Below the pieces are notes generated by a model, which was not told the origin of the DNA, did no database searches, and saw only the letters and a list, made by a program, of their open reading frames with translations. The translations under genes and the position numbers were made by a program. A stretch of 64,000 nucleotides of DNA from NCBI GenBank assembly GCA_012295275.1, contig CM022670.1:28768001-28832000 (forward strand), given 5' to 3'. This document shows, piece by piece, positions 1-11,200 of the stretch (its first letter is position 1; each line of letters starts with the position of its first letter). Source of the stretch: Chrysomallon squamiferum. Lineage: Eukaryota; Animalia; Mollusca.

Positions 1-813
1 GTTGTGACTTCCTGAAAACATTAATAATAATAAAGCAGAGATTATTTAACAAATGACAGACAATTATAAATGTAGTAGTAGTTGTATTCACAAGACAAAT
101 TTTTAATATATTTAGTCCCGAGAAACAACTGTTCTAGATAAGGTAAGTCCAGAGCAGTCCCTAAATTGAATTGCCAATTTGTTCTTAACTTCTAAATAAA
201 TGTAAAATGTCCAAAAAGCTTTCTTTGAAGTGTACCTGAAGTTAAGTTTTTGAAAGTGTTAAGGATCTTTTTTATTTGTAAGCAAAAGATCAAACTCGCA
301 GAAGAATTCAAGAATATATTTTGCAAGTTTTATTTTGTTATAAATGTATACAATTTATGACAAAAAATAAATTAAAAGAAAAAAAGAGAAAAAGAAACAA
401 AATGTGCTTTTAACATGAACCATTTTGAAGATGAAATGCTAAAAAAATGTAGGACCCAAATGTGAACAACAATTCTAAACAAACAGAACTCCCAAATATG
501 AAATGCATTTTTTTAATAAATTTTTATTATTTTTTTTTTTTTTTTTACAAAACAGAAAACACTACTTTTTAAGAATATTATTGGGATTTATTATATTTAT
601 TAAAGGCATTGAAACACATGCAAACTACAGAATAATCTTTTTTATTACATGTGTTTCAGTGTCTTACAACTGTTAAATACAATGAGATTTGAATTAAAAG
701 AAACAGTCAGGTGGCAGTTTTCCTTTGCAAATGAGTTGCACAAGATGTAGACAGACACAGAATCACACAATTTTTTGTTTTTTTCCCAGTGCATTACAGA
801 ATACTAGGGGAGC

Positions 814-3082
814 TCAGACACCTTCTCCCTTTGAAGGTTCATCAAAATTTTCAACAAGATCTGTTTGGAAAAAGGACAAATAGAAAAATATATATATTTT
901 TTTAGTAACAGAAATAAATATTTTAATGGAAAAAGCGTACCCATTTTGGCGAGTCTAAAAAATTAGTGCTTCCATGTTTTATTCAAAATTCATTATTTTA
1001 ATGTTAAAAAAAAACCCAACCACACTTGAATTTGTAATTAAACATTAAATGTCGCAGTACAGTAAGTTGTTTTAGAAGCAATAATAAATAAAGAAAAGTA
1101 TTTTAAAAATTAGTAATTAAATAAAATATATAAATAAATTTTGTTTAAAAGAAATTTTTTTACCTGGCACCTCATCATCATCATCAATCTCTGCAGTAGA
1201 GGTTTTATTAGTATCACCAGCACCTGAAACAATAATCAAGTTGTTATTTCATTTATTGAATTTAGATGACTAGAGGTATTTTGTATCATTATGGCTAGGT
1301 TTCTCATTCACACACACACTCTCACAAATGCACCCGCACATGCACATGAACACACATTATGTCAATTTAGTTTGCTATTGAGAAATAATAAATCATGTAA
1401 CTAGATAATTTGTGACATTTATCACATGCCTACATTGTAACTTGGGAATCTAATGATTAGTTCTGTTAAAATGTGTTAAGTGACACTAAATTTGAATAAT
1501 GGTCAACATTTGTTAAAAGACAACTGAAATATTAGACTTACTGGACATGCCGCTAGCCACTGTAGATGCTAATTTTTTGAGACTGCTTAAACTCTCAGCA
1601 CCAAGTTGATTCAAGATACCTGGTAGCAACTCTGCAATTTCTGTAAAAGGTAAATAATAACTATTACCTCCTTAAGCTAGAAACAGTCACTATTAAATAA
1701 GTTTAAAAAAAAAAAAAAAAAAAAAGGTTAAATAAATATTACTGTAAAAGATACATAAAAATATGTTAAATAATACAGATTTAGCTAAGAAGTACAACTC
1801 TGAAATTTAATTTTACTAATAGAAATCTAACCAGTTCTATGCTGACAATTATTTCCAGAGTTCTAAGTTTCAGAAATAACAAATTTAAAAATAAAAATTA
1901 ATAAACAGCTGAATCTTCATCATACATTTACTTGGCACTTAACCACACTTGAAGCACTCATTAGAATAGGACAGCCAAATTAACTAGAATTGACCAACCA
2001 TGACTATAAACGATGGTAAAAATATTAACATACGTTTATTTTCTGCATGTCCCGTAATTGCAAATGTGTTTGCTGCTAATGAAGCTTGCACCTTTGGATT
2101 GTTAAAATGGATGACATTACCATCTTCTTTGATCATATTAACCTGAAAAGCACCAACATATCAAGATTTAAACTTTTTAAAGAAAATTGTGTAATTTAAT
2201 GTTCAACATTTCTTTAGTTTATAATAAAACCATTAACATTAAAAGCATTATTTTGTTCCAATAAACTGGAGATTTTTGTTTTTAAATAATTTATTTTTTA
2301 AATGAACTCTTTAACTGCATGATGGGAAATGTAAAGTATTAAATAAATAATGAACTCATTTGGAGGCTGAATATTTCAAGTAGTATTAAAACTCAAATCT
2401 AGAGGACACCTACTTCTTCAATCCCTGGAATAGTGTTTACTGCTAGTTTCTTCAGAGAACTCTGCAACTTTTTATCATCTGTGGTAGCTGTTCTGTGAAT
2501 AACCTTCTTCTTCCTGCGAGCAGAACCCTGAAATCAGTGAGATAAAAATGTACATATAAATGTCTGGTAATGTAGACTTTAAGACAAGACAGAACAAAAA
2601 TTTAAAATTAAAACAATAATAAAAATGCTCTTAATATTTAATACCTAAACACACATTTTTAAGTGTATAGCTGTTAGTTTTTTAATATTAATATAAGATC
2701 GGAGAAAAGATGTAATTCATTTGGTTACTATTTACTGAATGGCCTCTGTTGCTCTACTGCCATACCTAGTAACAAGAAATGGCCATCAAGTGGCATCTGG
2801 GCATAATACTGTTATGAAATGTCACTACCATTAAAATTGCCATGTGAAAAAAATAATAAACATCTGTTCTCTTTATGCTTAAATCATCCATACTGTTTTC
2901 CCTTATAAGACATAGGTTAAGACTTAAGTATTTGGAATTAGGAGAAAGTTAATGCAGATTGTTAATGAAAATGAATTTAAAAATTTAAAAACCCTGATAC
3001 AAATATACATAATAAATAAATGATTTACCTTCCCACCAATGCGAACTTGATCTTGCAATGCTTTTAACTTGTCTGGATTCAT
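814..3082 (-). CDS. BTF3: Transcription factor BTF3 / nascent polypeptide-associated complex beta (BTF3/BTF3L4-like), 6 coding exons, 160 aa
   Basis: Exons 3082-3029, 2527-2414, 2142-2034, 1640-1542, 1223-1164, 860-814, all GT-AG and in phase (483 nt). Translation [106 protein letters not shown]...[22 protein letters not shown] matches the NAC-beta signature. Confidence 0.96.
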
Positions 3083-4182
3083 TATATCGTTTCTGGTAGA
3101 AAATAATTTTATTATTCAATAAACTACATATTATAAATACATCTGAATTAAACAATGCACACAAGACTTCTGCTTATACAGATAAAATAAATACCTAAGC
3201 AAATGAAATGTAAATCATTTACCAATAAATCAAATGTAATCATGTGTTCCACATATCTACAACACATGGTGCTTTGTTAAATATTATGATCAGATGTTCA
3301 GCAGAGAATGCTTGAGATTCTCATCTGATACAGGATTTACTACAATTTGGTTTCTTTTGAAACTGTCATTTCATGTTGAATTACTCATCAAAACAGTATG
3401 TCAGAAAGATAATCAATACCATTTTAACCTATTTGTTAATTACGAATTAGATTGCGAAATGTGCTGACGTTTATTATTACTGTTAAAATGGTTGCAAATT
3501 TACCAGTCCTTCAACTCCTAGGTTACCAATTTGAATTTCTTCCCGTTTAAATTAAAGACTGTAACAGCCTAACAAAATATTATTTATACAGCTTTTAAAT
3601 ATATCGATTATTATTCAACATGATTTAAAAAAATAATAATAATTAATAAATAAATAAAGATTGCTCATCTTGTTAACTAAACTATTTTCAGTTTCGTCTC
3701 GTTAGCTGTTTGAATGTCTCCACGTCAACTTCAATACTTTATTCATTTGAAAATTAACTCTGAACACTTATGAATATATATTATGTATATTATATATATA
3801 ATATGGATATATATATATATTTTTTAAATAAATTCTAAAATCTCCAAAGCTCTTCCCAAAACAATTCTTTTGTAGCTGATCCTAAGTATTTAGAAATTAT
3901 TTTTAAAAACCTAATAACAGATATAACTCATCAGTTTAAGTAACAATATCCATATAAAAGATGATAAGTAACTACTGACTCTAGTAGTAGTAACTGTTGC
4001 GTTGATAGAACATTACTTCAGTAGTTGTAAACAAAACAAATATAATGATAACCAATCCTACACATTTTCACACATCATCAATACTATATCATGTTATTTT
4101 ATAGATAAAAGATTCAGTAAATAGAGATAATACTTGAAACAATAATTAAAATTAGCTTTATTCGCTTAAAACTTTGAATTAC

Positions 4183-4242
4183 CTGTCAAAAGTGGGATGC
4201 AATTTCCCCACGAGGCTCTGTTAATGGCCGTCGAAAAAGAGG
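4183..4242 (-). promoter_or_regulatory. Putative non-coding first exon of BTF3 starting with a TCT/5'-TOP motif
   Basis: Minus strand reads CCTCTTTTTCGACGG...GACAG|GTAATT: a pyrimidine tract at 4242-4233 and a strong donor at 4182. The next exon has a CAG acceptor at 3093 and 10 nt of UTR before the ATG. Confidence 0.7.
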
Positions 4243-4502
4243 TCGTTTAATGAACTTAAAGAACGGCAATAGCTCCGAAATGTTCGTCTTTATGTTGTTT
4301 CCTCCTATCCAGCGCAAAAAAACAATTACATGTTATTATTTCTTTATTTTAAACGTAATTCGGTGGTAACATTTTTTAAAATCATAATAACTAACATATA
4401 CTAAATAAAATAAAATAAAACAAATATATTTCATTGTAACTGTTATACATATATGAGCACACAAACCTACACAACTGAATGAATATAGCAGAAAACTACA
4501 GA

Positions 4503-4533
<31 letters not shown>

Positions 4534-4632
4534 GTTTTGAAATTGCATTTGGGGTCGAATTTCTGTGAAAGTCACATATTTTAATATTTCTTTTTCTTTA
4601 CTATTACAAAATACCAAAAATAAGTCTAAAAA

Positions 4633-4639
<7 letters not shown>

Positions 4640-4720
<81 letters not shown>
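4640..4720. repeat. (TC)n microsatellite between BTF3 and NASP
   Basis: About 40 uninterrupted TC units; this produces the spurious RERE ORF in the track. Confidence 0.98.
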
Positions 4721-4723
<3 letters not shown>

Positions 4724-5205
4724 TACACACTATACCCATGCAAACCATATCGTTTCTATATTTTTAAAATTATTATTTTGATATTTATTGTCAAAATCAA
4801 AAATGTATAGGACATCTATATACAGTGTGTTATGGCTAAGTAACTGAATTAAATCGTTCATAAACATTAGAAATGATTGAGTACTGTATTTTTTCTTCGT
4901 ATGTAAAATAATATTATTTTCATCTAAACCATGATTGTATAAACTTTCTGTTATAAATATGTGTTATTAATTTATGCAGCTTTTCGCATTATTGTGGCAG
5001 TTTCACGTTACCGGCACAGGAAGCACTATATTTTCTCGAACCAGACCTAAACGTAATAAAAAAAAGATTTTAATAATAATTTTATTTAATTATTTCAACT
5101 GCATTAAATGTTAATTATATAAATAATATAAAATAATAATATTTTTAACCTTTATAAATAAAATTATTACGGAATATCTGGTTTGAGAATTTGTGTTGTG
5201 AAAGG

Positions 5206-5220
5206 AAAACGCGCGAAATT
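5206..5220 (+). promoter_or_regulatory. E2F-type site in the NASP promoter
   Basis: GCGCGAAA (reverse complement TTTCGCGC) at 5211-5218, about 55 nt upstream of the NASP ATG in a locally CpG-rich patch. This fits an S-phase histone chaperone. Confidence 0.6.
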
Positions 5221-5273
5221 ATCAAGCTGTGGACACTTTGCACGAGATAATCTTACGCATTTGGGCTTCAGAC

Positions 5274-8200
5274 ATGGCTACGGAAGGCAGCAGTAGTAGT
5301 GCAGATATCAAAGACAGGTTTCTCTATAGTTTTCTTTGACAAAATGGAAAAGAAAAAGTTGTTTAATATACTAGTTTTTGTGCTCTTATTCCTCAACTCA
5401 TTTCTTAATGATTTAATATGTTAGAACAGAATAGGAAAACTTAGCTAAACGTTTTTGCCATCTTCTATTATCGGGGATCAGTCTGAAAAGTGAAAGATGA
5501 AGCCAACAATATTCAGGAAGCAGTTGAAACAGAAACATAAAACATTATTATCATATAATTTTGAGGGGATTCCATTGTTTAAAACTGAAATTTAGCATCA
5601 GTGCTATAGGTATTACATGCCATGGTTAATATTAAAATAGCGTACTTTTTCTGTTTGTTGAGATAAAACTGGGAAAAGTATCGCTGGACGGTCATATCTC
5701 ATACGTGATGAAAACAAAATTTGATTGAAACATGCTTCCAATATACTAGTTTTATTTTATTTTTTTATAATAACTGAAAACTGTTTTTAAGAATTGGTAT
5801 TTCAGAAGAAGGTTTTCACTGTCACTTGCATTTTGTTGGAGTTTTTCTTTTCCCATTCGCCTTGATAAAGGGAAGAACTTAAGTTTTAGCTCTTGATCGT
5901 AAATTAAAAAACAACAAGCGAGCTGACAATTGCAGAATTAGAAGTTAGACATGTTCATGGAATCACCATCTTAACCTCAGAATAAATATTTCGCTTTATT
6001 AAACAAAATAAATGAATTTGTCAGTGTTCTAAAGATGCTGTCGAAGATCCAGAGTAATTCAAAAAAAAAAAAAAAAAAAAAAATAAAGATGTATAACAGT
6101 ATATATATATAAATTCTGGAGGAATCATTAAGAATACTAGTAGGGGACTTCAATATTTTCTTTTGTTTCAGTAATGACAAGGATGATGTCACAAAAGCTG
6201 TGAGTTTGGTAGCTCAGGGCAGACGAAACATCATATGTGGTGAAATTCCAATAGCAGTAAACCAGTTCCAGGAAGCTTGTAAAATTCTGTAAGAATCTTT
6301 AAGTAATGCTGACAGTTAAAAACATTAAAGTTCTTTGTAACCTTCATTAAAGACTAAACATTATTTCAGAATTTGTTTTTATACTTTAAATGATAATAAC
6401 CAAATTTTAACTTTTTACATTTATTATGAAGTTTCAGCTACTTTTGTTTTGTAAATTAAAAATAATTAGTATAATCATCAAGCTGTCACTTTGCATAAAA
6501 CATTTTATATTTTAATTATTGTATTTTTAGGGCCAGTCATTATGGAGAGACTGCCAAGGAGTGTGCTGATGCGTATTTCTACTATGGACAAGCTCTCTTA
6601 GAATTGGCTAGGATGGAAACGGGCGTGCTCGGCAATGCCTTACAAGGAGGTAGACCCATTTTTTTTTTAATATTTGGATTTGCATGTTATTTTATTTTTA
6701 TTCCTAATATAATACAATTCATTGTATATATTAGGAATTAGTTTTTAAAGTAATCTATTTACTGTCTTGTATATGTTTCATTATTGGGGGTGAGGGTGGT
6801 GGAAGAACCAGAAAACGATATAGCAAAAATGTCTTTGTGACTTTGACTACAAAACAGTGTACATATCTTTGATGTATTTTCAATTAATAGTTTAGGGTAT
6901 TTGTCTACAAATTATCTGTTTTAGTTGAGGTAGAGGAGGAAGAAGAGGAGAAACCTGAAGATAAGGAAATAGTTGAGGGACCACCATTGACAGGTAATCT
7001 TCATATCTTGTAGCAAAGTTTTTATTACATAATTTAGTCTGATTGATGTGTGCTAATGCATATTCAGAGATTTTAATGTTCATTTCTGAATTAATTAGCC
7101 TACCATTCATAGCTATATTTGACATATTTTATTACAAAACAATTCTGTTACTGTTAGTTTTCTTAATTTATTCATATCAAATTATTCAGTAATGTTTGTT
7201 CTTACCCTTGACAACCAATTGCTTGCACAATCTTTTCTGTATGTCTTTTTTTGATAATTTGATCCACACACTTCCCAGAACTCATTTCCACTGGTTATTA
7301 AGGTAATTTAAGTTGCATAATGTTTCTAAAATACTATACATGTTGAGGATCTGAAATCTTGGGACAGGAAATTGTTTTGGATTTATTTAAAACATGAATG
7401 AAGTCTAAGCATACATTTCATACATATTACAAATATTACAAACAGTATGTTTAACAACTTTGTCCATGAACTTAGAAAACAATGCATCCCCGTCTCAGCA
7501 GCTTATTAGAGCATTTCAGAATTTTTGATAAAGGATTCTCAACGTACACTAAATGTATTTAAACATTTTTTTATGGTATCACAGATGTTTTCCTTTTTCG
7601 AAACATTAACAAAAAACCCTTTCAGATTACAGAATATGTTTCTGGAATGTACTGAGATAAGTGTTTTGAAAATGTACATATAGGACATTTGTCTCAATGA
7701 ATAGCAGAATATTTGATATTGTATAGCTGATGGTCAAAAATAAACAATAGTTTCACAGTGGTGTCATTAAATTTTAACTGAAGCTTTCTAATTATATATA
7801 TTCTGTTTAAATATAGCTTGTGTGTTATAACTGATGATACTTAATGTGTCTTAATTATTCTGATACTCTGTAACATGGTAAAAGGACTGCAGTGAATGAA
7901 ACTGATTTTGTATGAATACACTTCAGTCTACATTCATATTAAATAATTTGAAATATAATTGAAAATGTTAATCCTTTTTAAGATTTAAATGATAGTGTGT
8001 ACTTTATATAAAACAATGTTTCATTTTTGCTAAGTATTTTAAATATATATATTTAAAATACTTGGCAAAAATGAAATATTGTTAAAACATTTGTTTTAAA
8101 TGAAAAGGTAATGTTTGTCATAAATCGATCTAGACAGAATTTTAAATTTTTACTAAAATGAGTTTTTCTAGATCATGCTGATATTTGCAGAAAATTTAGA

Positions 8201-11200
8201 ATAACTGATACTTAGCTCTTCAGATTCTGCTACTCAGAATGTTTTCTCAAAATAGATGTGCTAGTGCTTTTACCTAATCTGTTCTCACCATTGTATAATT
8301 TTGGCTTAATGGCTCAAGCATCAGCTGCATTTAAATGTTTGTGTGTTCTATTTTTCTTGAATGAAAGCACATATAAAATCTTGGTTAGATTTTGCTTTTT
8401 AAGAACGTCTATCTGTACTGGTATAGCATTTGTACGTAACATGGCTTTTTTAAGTGGTTTGGCACTAAAATGAATTATTTAAAAACAAAATAACCAGTGA
8501 TTATTGCTTGAAAAAAGTTTAAGATGAGAATATTGTTTTTGTTTTGACATGACATTCTTCATACATTAGAGGAAGAACGAATGAATTTACGAAAGGAAGT
8601 GGTAGATGCAATGGCTGAAGAAGATAAAGAAAAATGTGAGGAAAATGGCAAAGAAAAATCTACTGATGAAAAAGAAAATGGAGCCAGAGAGGAAAACATG
8701 GAATCTGATGATAAAGTTGATAAAGAAAATGATGACATTAGTCATAAAACAACTATGAAAGAAGATATAAAATTTGAAGATGAACAGATAATTATTAGTG
8801 ATAAGGAAGGTAAGGATAAGAAAGAAAACACTGATAAAAATAGTCCACAAAAAATAGTAAGGATAAGAAAGCAAGTAGCCCCTCGGAAGAAACCAAAGTC
8901 ATGAAAGAAACTAGTCCCTCAAAAGAAAGCAAGATTACAAAAGAAAATAATAAAGATGAAGATAAAAAAGAAAATGGTCACAATAAAGACATAAAAAGCA
9001 AGCCTTCTGTTGAAAGTAGTGACAAAATGGAAGATGTGGGAAATACAGTTAAAATAGTTAAACTGATATCAGCAGAAGCAGCCAAAGCATTAGAAAAGTC
9101 TGTAGATAAAAAATTGGATGAACCTTCAGCAGCTGTTAAGAAAGCAGATGATGAAAGTAGTATTGTTGAAAAGAAAACTGAGAAAAATAAAGAGATGGAA
9201 ACGAAAGCAGAAGCAGCTGAGGAACTTAAAGATAATGAATCAAAAATTGAAGTCGGCAGAGAGAAAGTAGAAAACAAGAAAAGTGAGGAAGTTGTGGAAG
9301 TGAATTCAGCAGAAAGCTGCAACTCTGAAGAGAAAATGGAAAAGGATGATTTAATAGAAATGGCTGAAGAAAATGTTGAAAAGAAACCTGATGCAGAGAA
9401 GAGCTGCAAGAAAAAAGATGAGAATGGAAAGACTGTTGTAGAAGATGATAAAGGTTTCAACATTATTTGCTGCACTTTCAAAGCATGTCCATGTTCAGTG
9501 CATGATGTACACATTTACTAATCACTTTGTATTAACACTGAAGTGAACAGATTTGGTTACTAATGTTTTTGCAGTTAGAATTAACCTGCATGAGTAAATA
9601 TTAATTATTAATAGAAAGAATGAAGTACTGTAGCCATGTGTTCATGGTTAAATTTACAGTAAAAACAATGACTAATTAGATGGAATTAAATGATGCATTC
9701 CTTTTTGCAGGTTAATGGTGTACAGTATGGATATTCCAGAGTTGGTGTATTTCATTTATTAATCATATCTTTGTGGAAACTATTGATATTAAGCAGATGT
9801 TCTGTCAACTGAAGTTTTTATTAAGTTAAAACTAATATTTAATGCACGGTTCAAATTTGATGTTTGTTGCACAATTTGTTGATATTTGTATTTCACAAGA
9901 AAGGAAAAAAAACCGAAAACACTAAAATTATCTATATACTCTTTGTCCAGTATAAATGTTTGTTTAAGCTTTGTCAATCAAAAAATATTAATTTTAATAT
10001 TTTGTCTAGTGTACAAAGTCCAGTTAGAATTTTTTCCCTCAAATGCTTTTCTAATATTTAAGATACATATTTTTACTTATTTTTCAAGTGTTCTCTTTCT
10101 GTCTTTTAAAGAAATTTAAAAAAATGCCAACACAATACCTTGACACTGATTACATGCAGTTTTGCAAGGAATTAATAAAAGTTATTAAATTTGTTGGAAT
10201 TATTTTTATAATATTTATTTATGCAAATACAGTAAAAATGAATAATTAAAACTAGCCAAGTTCTAAGAGTGAACTGGTTTTTGCAGAAAGTGGAGAGACC
10301 AAGAATGTCACAGCTGAGGCAGGAGAAACAAGTCAGGAGGAAGAAATGGAGGAGCAGGAGGATGAAGAAACTGCAGAGGACGATGAAGGGGAAGAAGATG
10401 GTGAAAAGAAAGAGGAATCTGAGGTAAACTGACATTTTTGATGACAGAACATTTGTCTTTGTTAAATTATGTTTACCAGTTACCAGCAAGATAGTTCTTG
10501 GCTTTAATTGAATATGGCTCTTTGTTAGCTTTTAGCATTTTAAAATTTTTAAGAGTTGTGCTCATTGTTTTGACTTAAAAATATTTCAGATTTCTTTTCT
10601 GTATTTTGCAATACAGCCTATAGGTAACTTTTACTAGTATTTCAAGTTGGATATAAAAAAAAAAAATTCAGCATTTGTGTAACTAAATTTCGATTTATTT
10701 TCTATTCGAACTTCAGGAGGATCCGGATGATGTTCCAAATCTTCAGCTGGCCTGGGAAATGTTGGAATTGTCAAAAATGATACTTGTAAAGTAAGAATGC
10801 TTTATCGACTATCAATATACATTTATTTAATGATGCAGTAAAGTACTCTAATTGGAAAAGGCAACTGTGTGTTACATTAGAATAGTTTGTTTTCAAAGTG
10901 TTTCAAGATGGTACTGAGTCTGGATTTGAAAATTACAAGCTTTGTTTCAATATCTTTCTTTGTTTTTTGACCAAGATCAACTCCAGCAACAATGTGAAAT
11001 TTAGATTAGGTACCGGCAGGCAAATGTTTTCTGACTTTAATTTCACATATGCAAAAAAATAGCACATGAAGAAAGCTGTAGCAAAAAGAATGAAAACAGA
11101 CAAAACATTATGACTGTATCTCCAGCAGTTAAGAAGATATATGCAAATCTGTACAACAGGTATTTGGTTGGTTTTCAGCCCTATTTTGGCTAATCGGCAG

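Noticed and set aside
2738-2843. Two adjacent hairpins in a BTF3 intron resembling an H/ACA snoRNA (TOP genes often host them)
   Set aside because: No ANANNA box in the hinge and no ACA immediately after the second hairpin on the sense strand. An Infernal/snoReport search would settle it.
3290-3392. TGATGA...CTGA pair in BTF3 intron 1 (C/D snoRNA candidate), and a similar pair at 7832-7905 in NASP
   Set aside because: No convincing terminal stem or recognisable rRNA/snRNA guide; such pairs are expected by chance in AT-rich DNA.
4336-4743. 135-aa ORF with RERE and poly-K runs
   Set aside because: Artefact of the (TC)n and poly-T tracts. The HTHT, VCVC, IIII and CCC/LLL ORFs elsewhere in the track are likewise microsatellite products.
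8845-8860. Programmed -1 ribosomal frameshift in NASP
   Set aside because: The zero-frame codons CAA AAA ATA do not form X_XXY_YYZ and no downstream structure is evident. An indel or assembly error is more parsimonious.
8587-9514. Minus-strand F/S/L-rich ORFs
   Set aside because: Antisense shadows of the purine-rich NASP acidic exon.
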